This document shows, piece by piece, positions 28,356 through 40,841 of a stretch of DNA of 64,000 bases. Source of the stretch: Takakia lepidozioides (taxonomy: Eukaryota > Plantae > Bryophyta); NCBI GenBank assembly GCA_030704615.1, contig CM060732.1, forward strand, positions 18,600,001 through 18,664,000. The letters run 5' to 3'. Under the pieces are notes generated by a model. It did no database searches. It had not been told where the DNA came from and was given only the letters and a program-made list of their open reading frames with translations. Made by a program: the position numbers and the translations under genes. How positions within the stretch are numbered: position 1 is the stretch's first letter; each line of letters opens with the position of its first letter.

Positions 28356-31300
28356 ATGGAGGAGGACACAGAACTTGAGGAAGGAGAGGCAAAGGAGGCG
28401 TGTGATCCCGACACGGATTTATCGTATATTGTAAGTGCCGCGGAGCTCTTCGTGTCCGATTCTGAGGCGAATTTACTTGTTCTTAATAAAAGCGGACTCT
28501 CCTGTGTAGTCTCGTGAAATTTGTTGTGTTGTTACTCTGGCGTGCTTACTCTGGCATGCCCTCACCCGCTAACTACTCCTGAATCTCAAAGACTTTGTGT
28601 GCGGTCGGTGGGCATATGGCACGTAGTATGGGCTTTCGCTGTTGGGCATTCTGTAGCCAACAACCTCTCCTATGTCTGCAGCAGTGCCTTGAGTGGTGTT
28701 CACGACTTCTTCTGTGCCTCACATCCTTTTGCCTCTATCATTCTTCTTTTCCTTCTTTGTCTGCTCTAGGGCCTCCCTCCCCACCCCCACCCCCATGCGC
28801 CCACTCTCGTTGCTGTGGGATCACATAAGAATCGGTTGAAGTGAATGCCTACTTCCGGTGAGGGAGAGGCCTTGGAATGTTTCATTCGGCCACGGTTCAG
28901 CAGAATTACTTCAGCATTTGCTGCCCCCCTTTTTCCTTGACTTGAGTATCCCCTCTAATGTGTCCAGCCCTAGTCACCACAAGCTGAAAGCTTGTGAAGA
29001 GCATTTGGCTGTTTTACCTGAGATGTGTGCAACTGTTTAATCAAAGATGGTTTTCCTTGCTGCCATTGGCTGCACATGGTGCTGGGATGGCAGGATAAAA
29101 AGCTCCATGACTTGTTAGGGGATTGTCAGAGGGAGTTTCAAGGAGGCAACCTATCTACTGAAAAATTGGGTAAGCTAATCTGCTTTCCTTGGACATACAC
29201 AGAGGTTTCCTGCCTAAAAATTCCCTCGCCCTGTTGCATTGCAAAATTACAAGTTGGTGTAGCTGCTGCCACTTCTTAACCCTCAACCAACTTGTAACTG
29301 ACCCGGAAAGGGTCAGTTGGTTTGTGCTCAAATTGATTAAAGTTTGAGTGTGAGGGTGGGTCCAGTCATGGTATGTTGAGCAAATGCAGTGACGTACGCA
29401 GGTTCTAAGTTTGGAGGTTATGGCTCATTTCTACCCTCGGAAATCCGCACACCATCAGTTTTGACGAAGCCACATCCCCCTCCACCCGCTACGGAACCCA
29501 TCCGCGGTCCCATGGAGGGCTTGAAGGAGGTGATTGAGCTTCCCCTTTCCTTTTGTGCTACTTTTGATAGAAGAGGGGTGGACAGGGATGGCAGGTCGAA
29601 GAGGTAAGGTGCTAACAGGTTGAGATTCAACAAATATGGTTGGATGGCAGCACGTGAAGCGCTTCACGGGGGCAGCAGACAAGGCACCACTGGTGCCTTC
29701 ATCTGAGACCACGTTGCCACAGGTGAGCCGGAAGAAGAATGGGGTGACCGGCAATACCAATGCTGGCAAGAAGGTAAAACTCAAAATAAAATTGGATACG
29801 GGAGGTGGAAAGGAGAAGGACGCAAAACTCAAGGCTCTGTATAGTGGGCTGTGCTTGGCCGACTCATCCTCAGTGTCTCTTGAAGATGATGACACAAACA
29901 CTCTCTCAGATGACTCAAGCCCCGACCACAGTCCCATGACCATGATTCAGGTAAGCCTTCTTGTCAATCAAAGTCACCTTTATGGTGTGGGATTTGTGAC
30001 TATAGAGTAGCACGATTGAAAGAAACAATAATGAATGGCATGGCATGGGGGGCAGATGATGACATCCTATCAAGGACCGCCAGGAGGACTTCTCTCTCCT
30101 CTTCCTGATCTCTTGTTGGAACCTGCTGGGCGGAAGGAGAAGGCCTCATTGAAAGTTGACAAACAACAAAATGCGGGAGCTAATGTGCGCAACAGTTTAG
30201 GGAAAGTTGACTCCGAGGTTTCAGTGAACGGGAACAATGAAGACAGGAAGGACCAGGTAAAAGAGAGGGATAAGCAACCTATGATAGAGCCAAAGAAAGT
30301 TGGTGACCTGGTGGGTGACAGTGTTAAGAGAGCCAAGAGCTACTTGGATGTGGAGAAGAAGAATGGGAAGAAGGTTGCCAAAGTACTCATAAAAGAAGCC
30401 AGTAAGGTGGTGGAACAAGAGGGGCCATCTGAGAAGGGTGGGGAGGCACCCAGCAAGGAGGATATGGAGTCTAGCAAGGAGCTGCTGCCCAAGAGCTCCC
30501 GTAGCAAGCAGCCTGAGCCAACGGCTGAACCTAGTGGGATTGGTGGCAGGGAAAAGGAGGGTAGCAATGCTAAGGCACCGCGCAAGCCCAGTGCCCCAAG
30601 AGGCAAAGACAATAAACAGATATCTCGTAGTAAGGACATGGCCAAGGAGCAAGCCCGTAAAGATCGGGAGACTGCAAAAGGCATGACTACAAAGAAAGAG
30701 ATTACTGCCAAGGGGGAGACTGTGTCTGACACCCATAGACGAGCAAAGGAGGAGTCTAAGGAGGCACCAGCCCCTAAAACCAAGGAATTACCAAAGGAGA
30801 GTTGGAAAGAGAATCAAAGGAAAGACTTAGTGAGTGATTCTAAGGCCAGAGATGGGCAGAAAGACACAAGTAAACTAGTTGGCAAAACTGAGAGTGCTAC
30901 AAAGCGAGACCATGGCAACCCTGCTGCTCGTAGAGAGGTCACTAAAGATCAGAAAGGTTCTAAATCTGTTCGAGTGGTCCAGAAGGAATTGGACAGAGAA
31001 CCAGCACCAGAAGCCAATGGAGAAGCGGAGAATGGTGCAGGTAGAGTGGAGCCGCCAGCCACAACAGTGGTTCTGAGTGACACAGGAGCGGCACCTGCAG
31101 TGGCTCCACAGCTGGTGTTGGACAATTGGGTTGCTTGTGACAAGTGTGAGCAATGGCGCCTGCTGCTGCCTAACATGGACCCTAAGTTTCTACCTAAAAA
31201 ATGGCGCTGCAAGATGATGGATTGGCTGTAAGTAAACAATGCTTGCTGATTGGGTCTTTCTCGGCTGACAACCATTTGTAAATTCTCCCTCCTCCCTCCT

Positions 31301-34300
31301 TTGTCTTTTGCCCCTCCATCCGCATACACTTTCACATATCCACTGTTTAGGGTGGATAAATTTAGGTCAACAGTTGCTCTTGAACTATAATCACTTCATG
31401 ACTCGTATATAGCCTTTTTTCCCACTTCTGCCTTGTGGTTTCAGTGCCGGCAGGGAAGTGGTTTAGGTGCAGTTGAGTGGCTTGTGATAGAGGAAAGGGG
31501 TGGGTGGTACATGCAGGCCGGGCATGAACAATTGCAAGTTCACGGAAGCAGAGACCACTGCAGCAATGTATAGTTACTTGGGCGGTCAAAATCCAACACT
31601 ACCTCCTGCACCTGCCGAAATGCAGCCACCACCTCCAGTTGTGCAGCCTGTGTTGGAAAAGCTTGCTGACACCAAAAAGGGTTCCAGGGGAAGCACAGCC
31701 AAGAAAGGACTGGCCCGCAAAATTCCCCCGAGTGTGCCCAAGGCAGGAGGGAGCAAAGGGGACGATGGAGCAGTCAAGAGCAAGAGTTTGAATGAGGTGG
31801 GCCATGATGGTAGTGCTGATGATGCAACTCATCTGCACAGGCGCAAGCTCAAGGATAAAGAGAAGCTGAAGCGCAAGCGCACTTCTGAAGGTGCCTTTTG
31901 CTGCTTAATCAATGCATGCAGGGCTTTTGTTGGCCTAAACAATTCTTACAGAAATGTCCTGGTTATGTTTTCTTTCTGATGCTGCTTCTTCTTATCCCCC
32001 CTCCCCCCATGCTGAACTCTCTCTTCTTCCACTCCTGCAAACAGGGGTAAATTCCTGCCACATTTCTTGGTACTTATTGCCTGTGTATCTGTTCTTTCAA
32101 ACTGATTGCTTAAGCCACTATTCACTGAAGTTTTAATCTGTTTGTGCCAATGTCAGAGAGCTCCTCTGCAGCATTAGCCTGGTCAAATGAGGTCATGGAT
32201 GGACAAAATGACTACATGAGCCAATAGAAAGGTTCAGTTATTTCTGGTCAAGTAGACGTCATTGCAGTTTCTGCAGTAACAGGCTGGCTGCATGTCATGT
32301 AGGTGATGACATGCCGCCCAAGAAAAAGATTTTGTGGGAAGAGGAGTCGAATCAAGGAAGTGCTTTGAAGCAAGCTGGTGGTGTATATACTGAGGAGTTA
32401 CAACTGGAGAAAGAGAGTCTGGATACAGAATCAAACCGATTTGGAAGTGAGAGACATGTTCTTGAGGCCCTTCCAACAGACAGAGAGCTGAAGCATGCAT
32501 CTACGGTTCAAGTTAAGAGAAAGATGATGATGAATGATGAGTTGCTTTTTGCGAAAAAAAGCAAGGCTATGCGCATCAAAGCACCCAGCAGTGAAGGTCA
32601 GCAGGGCAGTGATGAGGAAGATGGCGAGGTTGGTGAGGGGTTTGGTGCCCTTAAGAGCAAATCTGCATCTGCTCTGAAGAGGGTGCATGATGCAAGTCAT
32701 TCTAGACAAGCAAATGGCGACACAGAGGATATCTTAGGTATGAGGGAGTCTTTTCAACAGCATGACAGTGGTGACAGTGAGAGAGATGGAGTTGAGAGGG
32801 ACACTACCAAAAGGGTTGGGCTGGTTATCACAGAAGAAAGAAGGGCAAACCTTGTAGAATCAGATAAGAAGAGACGGGTTAAGGAAGATGAGATTGAGTC
32901 AGACCACAGAACAGGGAAAAGACGCAAGCAGGATGTCCATCCCCACTTGGAGTTGAAAGGACGTGGCACAAGACCTAATCTTCCCTCTGAGCAAGATCCT
33001 GTGGAACCTGTAGAAGCGGCTGTCAGCCCTGCCCCATCCAGCATACCTAAAGACGTAGCTGCATCGAGGAAAACAGTGATCGGAAAGGCCACTTTCAAAC
33101 CTTGTACTGCCCCCAAGCTGTCCCCCTCTTTGTCGGAGTCATCAGGCACCGGGTCTAAGGCACGAGGCTCACCAATTGAATCCACTGTGTCATCATCACC
33201 TGTGCGGTTCAACAAGGGGGATCGAAGGGATGGGCCCAGGAGCTTATCCGTACATAATGAGGATGGTGTGCAAGGGCGCTCATGCTCGCAAAGCCCTAAA
33301 CCCGAGGGCGAGGGCGAGGCATCACATCGCTCTTGGGATGAGGGCGAGTTTCGACATGCTGGAGGTCGCCATGGAGCTGAAGCATTCTGCAAATATGACC
33401 GTGGTCGAGGGGGCCGTGATGAGGAGTGGTATTACGATGAGCATAGGGGACCCAATCCTGGATTTGGGTATGACCGCTACCGAGAGCTCAGTCCTGAGCG
33501 ATCAGAGCGCTACCGTGACCGAGATGGACGGGATGGGCGCTACGAGAGAAGGGCTAGCCGTGATGATCGCTTTGAAAGGGGTCGTGATCGAGCAGGGCGG
33601 GATATATGGCCTAATGACCATGGTGATGTTCGTGATGACCGCTACTCCCGGGAACACAGTACAAGAGATGACTGGGGCCGTCCTTCTTCGCGAGAAAGCC
33701 GCTTGGATAAGCCTAGTGGTGGCTTGGCTTGGCGTGACGATCGTCAACTGGAGCGAACAGAGGTACCCACCAAGGATGAGCCACTGCGTTCTGTTATGCA
33801 GGAACATGTGGCCAAAGATGATCCTACTCCTAACAAATGCGCTAGTTGGGAAGGTGACAGGCCTGCTCCTGTCCGTAGTAAGGAGAGTGAGGCTGGTACT
33901 GGGCGCCCTCTAGATACTGTGGTGCCTATAAATAGGACAACTACAATGTCAAACACTCGCATCAAGGGGAAACAAGGGGAGGCATTGAAGCAGGAAGAGT
34001 TACAAGGCACACGCCTAAAATCACTCACAAACACAGTGAGGGATGGAGAGGGAGCAACAGGGAGCCCGGGAAAGAAGGAGCATGTTCATGGGCAAGTTAC
34101 AGCAAATGTGGCCATGAAGGAGGCAAAAGATCTGAAGCACTCTGCAGATCGACTGAAGGTACCCAGGCTTTGCTGATCCTCTGGCTTGGGATTTTGTGTC
34201 AAGTTTTGTTCCAATAGGCAGCTAACTAGAAATTTCTCGACCTATGAGGTTTTCATTTTCAATCCTTGATGTCACATGAATGCTTTTGAGTGTCCTGTGC

Positions 34301-36097
34301 TACACGCAGCAAGCTCTTTTCGAATCTGACTGGTTGAGGGTACTTGGCAGGGCAAGGCAGGTTTGGAAGGCGAGAGCACAAACTTGTACTTGCAGGCAGC
34401 ACTAAAATTTTTGCAGGCTGCTGCCATGCTGGAGCCTGTGTTTGCAGAGAATGCCCGTCTTGGGGAGGTCACCCAATCCATGCTTGTCTACCATGATACT
34501 GCAAAACTTTGCGAGTATGTCTCTTTCTGATTCCAAAGCTGTTTATATGAAACACCAGGAATGCCAAGTGGGATGTGTGTCGCAGTTCCACTGCTCTTTC
34601 AACTGCTCTATGTAACAGCCATCTCAGATGTGCAGCTCTTAATCCTCTTGCCTCAGTTTCTGAACTTTCCTTGCAGTATCTTCCCAGTTCGACTTCTCAA
34701 ATATTCAAGATCTAAAATAAGACTGCATAAACTCTTCCAGTTGCAACACAATTGACTACAATGAGACGTGATCTAGAGTTAAAGAAACCATGTGTCAGAA
34801 GATCTGTACGTTCCTATGGTGAAGCCTCATGCCTCTCACCACGTCGACTGGTTCCCTGGTTCCTCTTCTCAATATTAACTCTCTTGGCACTTCCTCTGAT
34901 TCTTGAGCGCAAGTAGACATGCTGCCTATGGATATATATCCATATTTGCTGTTGAGTATTTGAATCGTGTAGTCACTATGCTTACTTTCCAGTACACAAA
35001 TTGTATAGGCTGCCTGTGGTTCGAGTTCCAGGGTCTCAGTTTGGCTGAATAAAAGCTGCTATGTGAGGCATTGTGACAAAATGGTGAATGTGGGATAAAA
35101 AAGGCTAAAGCAGTGATGAAACGTTGTTTCCTCACTGATCTGCTGTCGTATGCATTTCAGTTCAAGTGGTCCTGCTTTTTCATACACTTTTCAACTGCTG
35201 GTGGCACAGCTACCTCAGTTAGTGATAGAGTTGTCCCAGCTGCCAGTCGTTGATATTGTTTTCTCATAATTCTCTCCATCAATGGTGGTGGCAGGTTCTG
35301 TGCTATCACGTATGAGCGAAGTCGTGACATGGCGGCTGCAGCCCTGGCCTATACTTGTGCAGCAGTAGCACGTGCACGGGTGATGCTGTCCAAAACGGCC
35401 TCCTTTGCACGTGATCGCATTGAGCTTCAGGCTGCAACTCAGCTTCCACCTGGCCTGAACACAACTACTAATTTGCCGCTCCCTCCTCCCCAACTTCCTT
35501 CCCGGTCTGTTGAGAAGCCTGGCCCTTCTCTTGTCATGGCACCAGTCTCTGGAATTGGTAGGTCACACACACACACACACTCTCTCTCTCTCTCTCTCTT
35601 TCTCTCTATCTCTCTCTCTCTCTCTCTCGGCACTAGACTGAAATTTAAACTCAGGGCTGGAAGCCTACCTTTGAACAGCAAACAGAAGCAGAGAGGAAAG
35701 GGAGAGTGCAATTGCCCGCTGTGTGGGCAATCTGAAGACAGTATTCACTTTCTGATACACTGTCCGGGGTTCTCTCACCAAAGAGACGCTCTCTTCAATT
35801 CTATCAAGGGAATTGTGCCTGTACCCCTGTTTAACAACTTTGAAAGTCTCGAGGCTGAGCCAAAAGCCCAGGCCCTCCTGAGGCCTAGTTTTTGGGCAAA
35901 TCACACACAGCAGATTGATGCTTGTGTGAAGGGATTTCTAGAGGATATCTGGAAAACCCGGACTAATTCTATATATGATGGTAAGTCACACTACCAACGT
36001 CAGCCCCTGACAGAGGTAGGTTCTGTCCCTTTTGTTCCCGCTCAAACTGGGCGCGGGGTCAATGGCCACAAGGCTACGGCAAACAACGTCTTATGAG

Positions 36098-36166
<69 letters not shown>

Positions 36167-36994
36167 CTCTTTTCATTTGAGTACGCAATTATAGGAAATT
36201 GATTAAAGCAGGGGTTTGCAGGGGAGTCGCCATCATCATCATCGGCATCAGATGTGGACAACCTTAACATCAATAACCAGACCCTGTTGACAAGTGAGAA
36301 GGGCACAATGTCACAGATGGGCAAGGCATGTGTTGCTTCCCCACAAACAATGGCTGCAGCTGCCATTCCCACCTCTCAATTTGCCCCTGCTCACCTTCGC
36401 CCCCAGTTTGTCCGGATTCTGCGCGACGTATGCTCTCCCTCTCCCTGCAGTCCTCAGCTTAACCTTTTGTTCTATCTGACTGCATTCCATGTCTATCCAA
36501 TTATATGAAAGGCTTCATTAGGGAGCTCAATGATTAGCTTGGAATGTTAAACTGCTCTTTTGGGGAAGACGTTTGGTATTCATAGTTTTGGGATGTCACT
36601 GAACAATGTGGTCAGAGTCTTTGTTCCGACATGTCTACTTTCTGGTACATTATAGGATCGGTTAAAGCTATCAAGACCTGGGTTTTGACCTAGCCAGAAA
36701 TATTGGGACAGACTGAGGAAGTGCATGGTTCCACATGGCAGACACTTAGGGGTGGCAGTTTGATGGAGAAAATAGTGATTAATGGCAATGTGGACTGGCA
36801 CAATGCAGTCGACAGATATGACTGCGATGTTGGAGGCATGGGCAAAGGCAGCAAGTGTGACAGCAGCAGCAGAGGCATCGTGTGGAGGTGTAGGCATGAT
36901 GGCTGTGAAGCGGGTAGGCGAACTGGGTGGGTTTGGGGATATTCATGTGGTTGTGCGCTTGGTGCGTGAGGCGATGGAAGCCATTGGGCACTAA
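28356..36994 (+). CDS. CW-type zinc finger protein (plant CWZF family), ~11 exons
   Basis: ATG 28356 (MEEDTELEEGEA...DPDTDLSYI), then DKKLHDLLG..., GSKFGGYGSFLP, CW domain DNWVACDKCEQWRLL...WRCKMMDWL|PGMNNC, AMKEAKDLKHSADRLK, and the end VVRLVREAMEAIGH* at 36994. Confidence 0.92.
35626..36101 (+). mobile_element. LINE 3' fragment (zf-RVT-like CPLC...H...C) flanked by (CA)n/(TC)n microsatellites, in a CWZF intron
   Basis: Reads TRLKFKLRAGSLPL...CPLCGQSEDSIHFLIHCP...FLEDIWKTR. (CA)n(TC)n at 35564-35628 and (TC)n at 36103-36170. Confidence 0.8.
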
Positions 36995-37825
36995 CATTGT
37001 TGCTCTTGAATAAAACAAGAGTCGAGTACAGGAGGGTAAGCAAGTACGGCTCATTGTGAGTATCTAGGGGGCCTAGTCTGCAAGCCTTACATCTCCCTTC
37101 ATTACATCCTTTGTGATTCCTTTGAACCATGTACCCAACCAATGTTAAATAGATGGCATCACATTCTTACCTGTGATTGTCTTTCCTGCACACACACATC
37201 CTCTCTCTCCCTCTATCTGGGCAGAATGCCAAGGGATTATTAGAGTAGATGACCACTGTCACAGATGATTGACAGTCATGTTGAAGACTGGCCCTTCTTG
37301 GGGTGAGTACAAATAATTTTAGAAGGTAACATTGAAATCTTACGACACAACATCGATGGCCAAAAGTAAGTTTTCCTCAGAACTACGCTGCTCGACGCAT
37401 ATGCAAATAATCATGTTTATGGTAGTTCCTGGTGGATGGGTATCGACAGAATGTCATGAGACAGAGTTGGGCTCTGCAATCCCAATTCTTCCTCCTTGTG
37501 TGTAGATATGACTTGTTTATTATAACATTCCAATTTGCAGTCACACAGAAGTCTATTATGGTCAATTGGGAAGTGGCTGTCTTCCCGCCCTGCTCAATTG
37601 AGCTGTTGTTAGATGTCCCCATTTTGTGCGCCAGTTGGCAAGAATTTTGTATCATGTGATCCATAGTAGAAAATAATAATAATGATTTAATTAATCCTTA
37701 ACAACTGAATCTACCGTAGTCTGCCTCCTCCCCTTTTATTTATTTTAAAAAAATAAAAATAAAGTCTGCCCTGGATAAATGTTAAGAAATTTTTATTCCC
37801 CTGCTTGTGGGAATGTTAAGTGTTA

Positions 37826-39373
37826 CTAGGGTAGCCTATGCCGTTGGCCCAAGTGTCCAGTGTCATCTAAGTCCAAGTGCAATCCCCTTTATATCCAAGT
37901 GCGTCTCCTATGTCGAGCCCAACGCCACGACCTCTAGGAGGCATTCTTCTTTGTTGATGAAGGAGAACAATATTGGATGAATACGAAAGAAAATATGAAT
38001 ATTGAAATAATGATATCCATCTTCGTATGTGAGGGGATTTTGTGAAACCAAGTCAGTCGGTCGCCCAAGTGTCCAATGTCATCTAAGTCCAAGTGCAATC
38101 TCCTATGTATCTAAGTGCGTCTCCTATCGAGGCTTCATATATTTTGATATATCCAATCATTGTCCTAAGGAAAGCCCACTTTGCCATTTTTCACGAGTTT
38201 CCAGCTACCAAAAGTACTTGAAATTCCATGTCTCCCACATGAAGGGCCAATCATTGCTCCAGGAAAGCCCACTTTGATATTTTTCACGAATTTTCAGCGA
38301 CCAAAAGTACTTGAAATTCCATATCTCCCACACCGCAGGTCCAAAAATTATGAGACCAAGCCGGTGCACCCCTCCTCATTGAGGGCTTTCCAACAGCATC
38401 AAGCACCAAGGCTGGGCCCGCGGTTTAGGAGATCTCAACGACACTACAAAACAAAACAAAACAAAACAAACAAGCCTCATATGGCAATTGGCTCTCTTGC
38501 TTTGCTTTGGCACAAAGGAAGGTAAGACTAGTGAGCATGACTCAGCACAACACACCAATCAACGCCTTGACACGGTGTAAGGTACTTTGACCACATTTTC
38601 TCCATTGACTTGCATGTCTCCGCAAAGGCTCTCTCTACAAGAGAGCCAACAAACTACCTCGTTTCATATATTGACTAGGGTAGCATGTGTCGTTGCCCCA
38701 AGTGTCCAATGTCATCCAAGTCCTATGTACCCAAGTGCGTCTCCTATCGAGGCTTCATATATCCATATATATAATCATTGTCCTAGGAAAACCCTACTTT
38801 TCACAAATTTCCAGCGACCAAAAATACTTGAAATTCGACATCTACCACACCGCAGGTCCAAAAATTATGAGACCTGTAAGTCAGTGCACCCCTACTCATT
38901 GAGAGCTTTCCAACGGTACTAAAATCGTGGCTAGAGGCCCCGCGGTTTGGGACAAACAACACTACAAACAATATTGTGAACGCCAATATTTTAAAAAGCC
39001 CAATTTACATATATGTCCACGTGCACAAAAGACAAATGAAGGGCCAATCATTGCTCCAAGAAAGCCCACTTTGCTATTTTTCACGAATTTCCAGCAACCA
39101 AAAGTACTTGAAATTCCATATCTACCACACCGCAGGCCCAAAAATTATGAGACCAAGCCATTGCACCCCTCCTCATCGAGGGCTTTCCAACGACACCAAG
39201 CACCAAGGTTGTGCCCCGATGTTTGGGAGATCTCAATGACGCTACAAAACAAAACAAAACAAATAAACAACCTTGCTTCACATGATTTGTTAACAAATCT
39301 CTTCGTTGATTTGCCCTTAATAACGACGCTACAAAACAAAACAAACTACCTCGCTTCATATATTGATTTGTTA
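37826..39373. repeat. Cluster of 3-4 related degenerate non-coding repeat copies, possibly non-autonomous Helitron-like
   Basis: Recurrent blocks ctagggtagc..cccaagtgtcc (37826, 38675), aaaagtacttgaaattccat, caccgcagg.ccaaaaattatgagacc (38330, 38848, 39128) and acaaaacaaa. The Helitron call rests only on minus-strand ...CTAGT ends. Confidence 0.6.
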
Positions 39374-40841
39374 CGCAGAACTAATGGTGATATTTGAGGC
39401 ACTCTTCCTGTTGTCCTCATTCTCTCCCCCACATTATATCTTCACAGATAACCTTAGCTCGCTTTTCCTCATCCGCAACCATCTCTCTCGCCCATCTTCA
39501 CACCTTTACCACCCTAATCGCAAACTCATCGCAGCCATAGCCAACCTGGCTATCTCCATCAAACAACCCATCCATTTCCTTAAAGTTCGTGCACACATAG
39601 GTATTCGGGGAAACGAGGCTGCCGACCTCCTTGCCCAGGAAGGGACCGACGAACCCCCTATTGACCCTACCAATGACCCCATACACATAGCGCACACCCA
39701 CCCATTCTGGCTAATATACCCTATACCTAACCCACGTGAACCACGACCCATACGCAACCTCTTAAAAACCCTCACTCGAGAGGCCCACAAGCAAACTTCG
39801 GCATCTGTTAGCCACACTAAAATACATATACAAAAATGGACACAATCCGAAGTACTCCATAACAAACTCTCAAATTCCTTTGGCACTCCAAAGCAGCTAC
39901 TGACGCCCAAATTAGACATACCCTTAAATTCCGGTATGCCCAATATATGGGACACCAGCGTAAACACATTTTCTGGCCACGCCTCTTTCCCTCCCCGCAT
40001 TGCCCCCTCTGCTCACATACCCACCAAGAACGTGACACCTGGCCACACCTCCTTAGCAAATGCACTCACCCGGTCATCCACGGGCTTTGTATAACCCGCC
40101 ATAACCACGCAGTCTGAACTCCTCGTGAACCGCGCCGAGACCAGATGGTTCTCACTCATTAACGCCGGTACTTACCAAGGACGACCCCCAAATCACACCG
40201 TCCCACACTAGCTTCTCCCTGGTACTTGCTCCCACTCCTCCCACTCCCTTGCACCTGCCCCACAAGGCTATGTCCAGACATCTTGCTAATACACGGCCTA
40301 CCCATAAACTCCCCCCCACCCACCGCCCCAACCCCGAACCTTACCATGTACTTTATTGAGTTCACCTACTGCCATGTTCGCTACCCCGCCGACTCAACTC
40401 TGGACAAACGGCTGAAATTATATGCTCCACTTATCCTCGCGCTCCGACATAGGGGTTGGGTAACTGGCCCTCTGTCGGTTATCACAGCTGGCAGTAGAGG
40501 AGGCATGCATAACGCCAGTATCGATCATACTTCACACTAACTTTAAACTCCATATCCTCTCCATTCCTAAATGTTTCAAAGCAATACACCTCACAGCCCT
40601 CCGCTCTCTCACAGCCATTATTACCAACAAACGTAAACTTTGAATCTGACCCTTCTCTGGCCCGTGGTACCTAGGGTACGGTACCCTAGGTACCCACGAT
40701 ACCTTGCTCCTTTAGACTTCTAGTGTCCTATGGACACTTTTTGTAGAGAGGGCCCACCCCCAAGAGGGGGCAGTAGCCGTAAGGCGGAGTGGCTCTTAGT
40801 TACGCCGGCTTTGGCCGGAGTCTTCTCTCTCTCTTTATTTC
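39374..40841 (+). mobile_element. 5'-truncated Dualen/RandI-like non-LTR retrotransposon (RNase H + CCHC + restriction-like endonuclease), disrupted
   Basis: RNase H: YIFTDNLSS...KVRAHIGIRGNEAADLLA. Zinc knuckle: CPLC...DTWPHLLSKC...RHNHAV. REL nuclease: RLCPDIL...FIEFTYC...K. Short (TC)n tail. Candidate TSD GATTTGTTA at 39365-39373 and 40842-40850, and the host repeat resumes after it. Confidence 0.8.
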
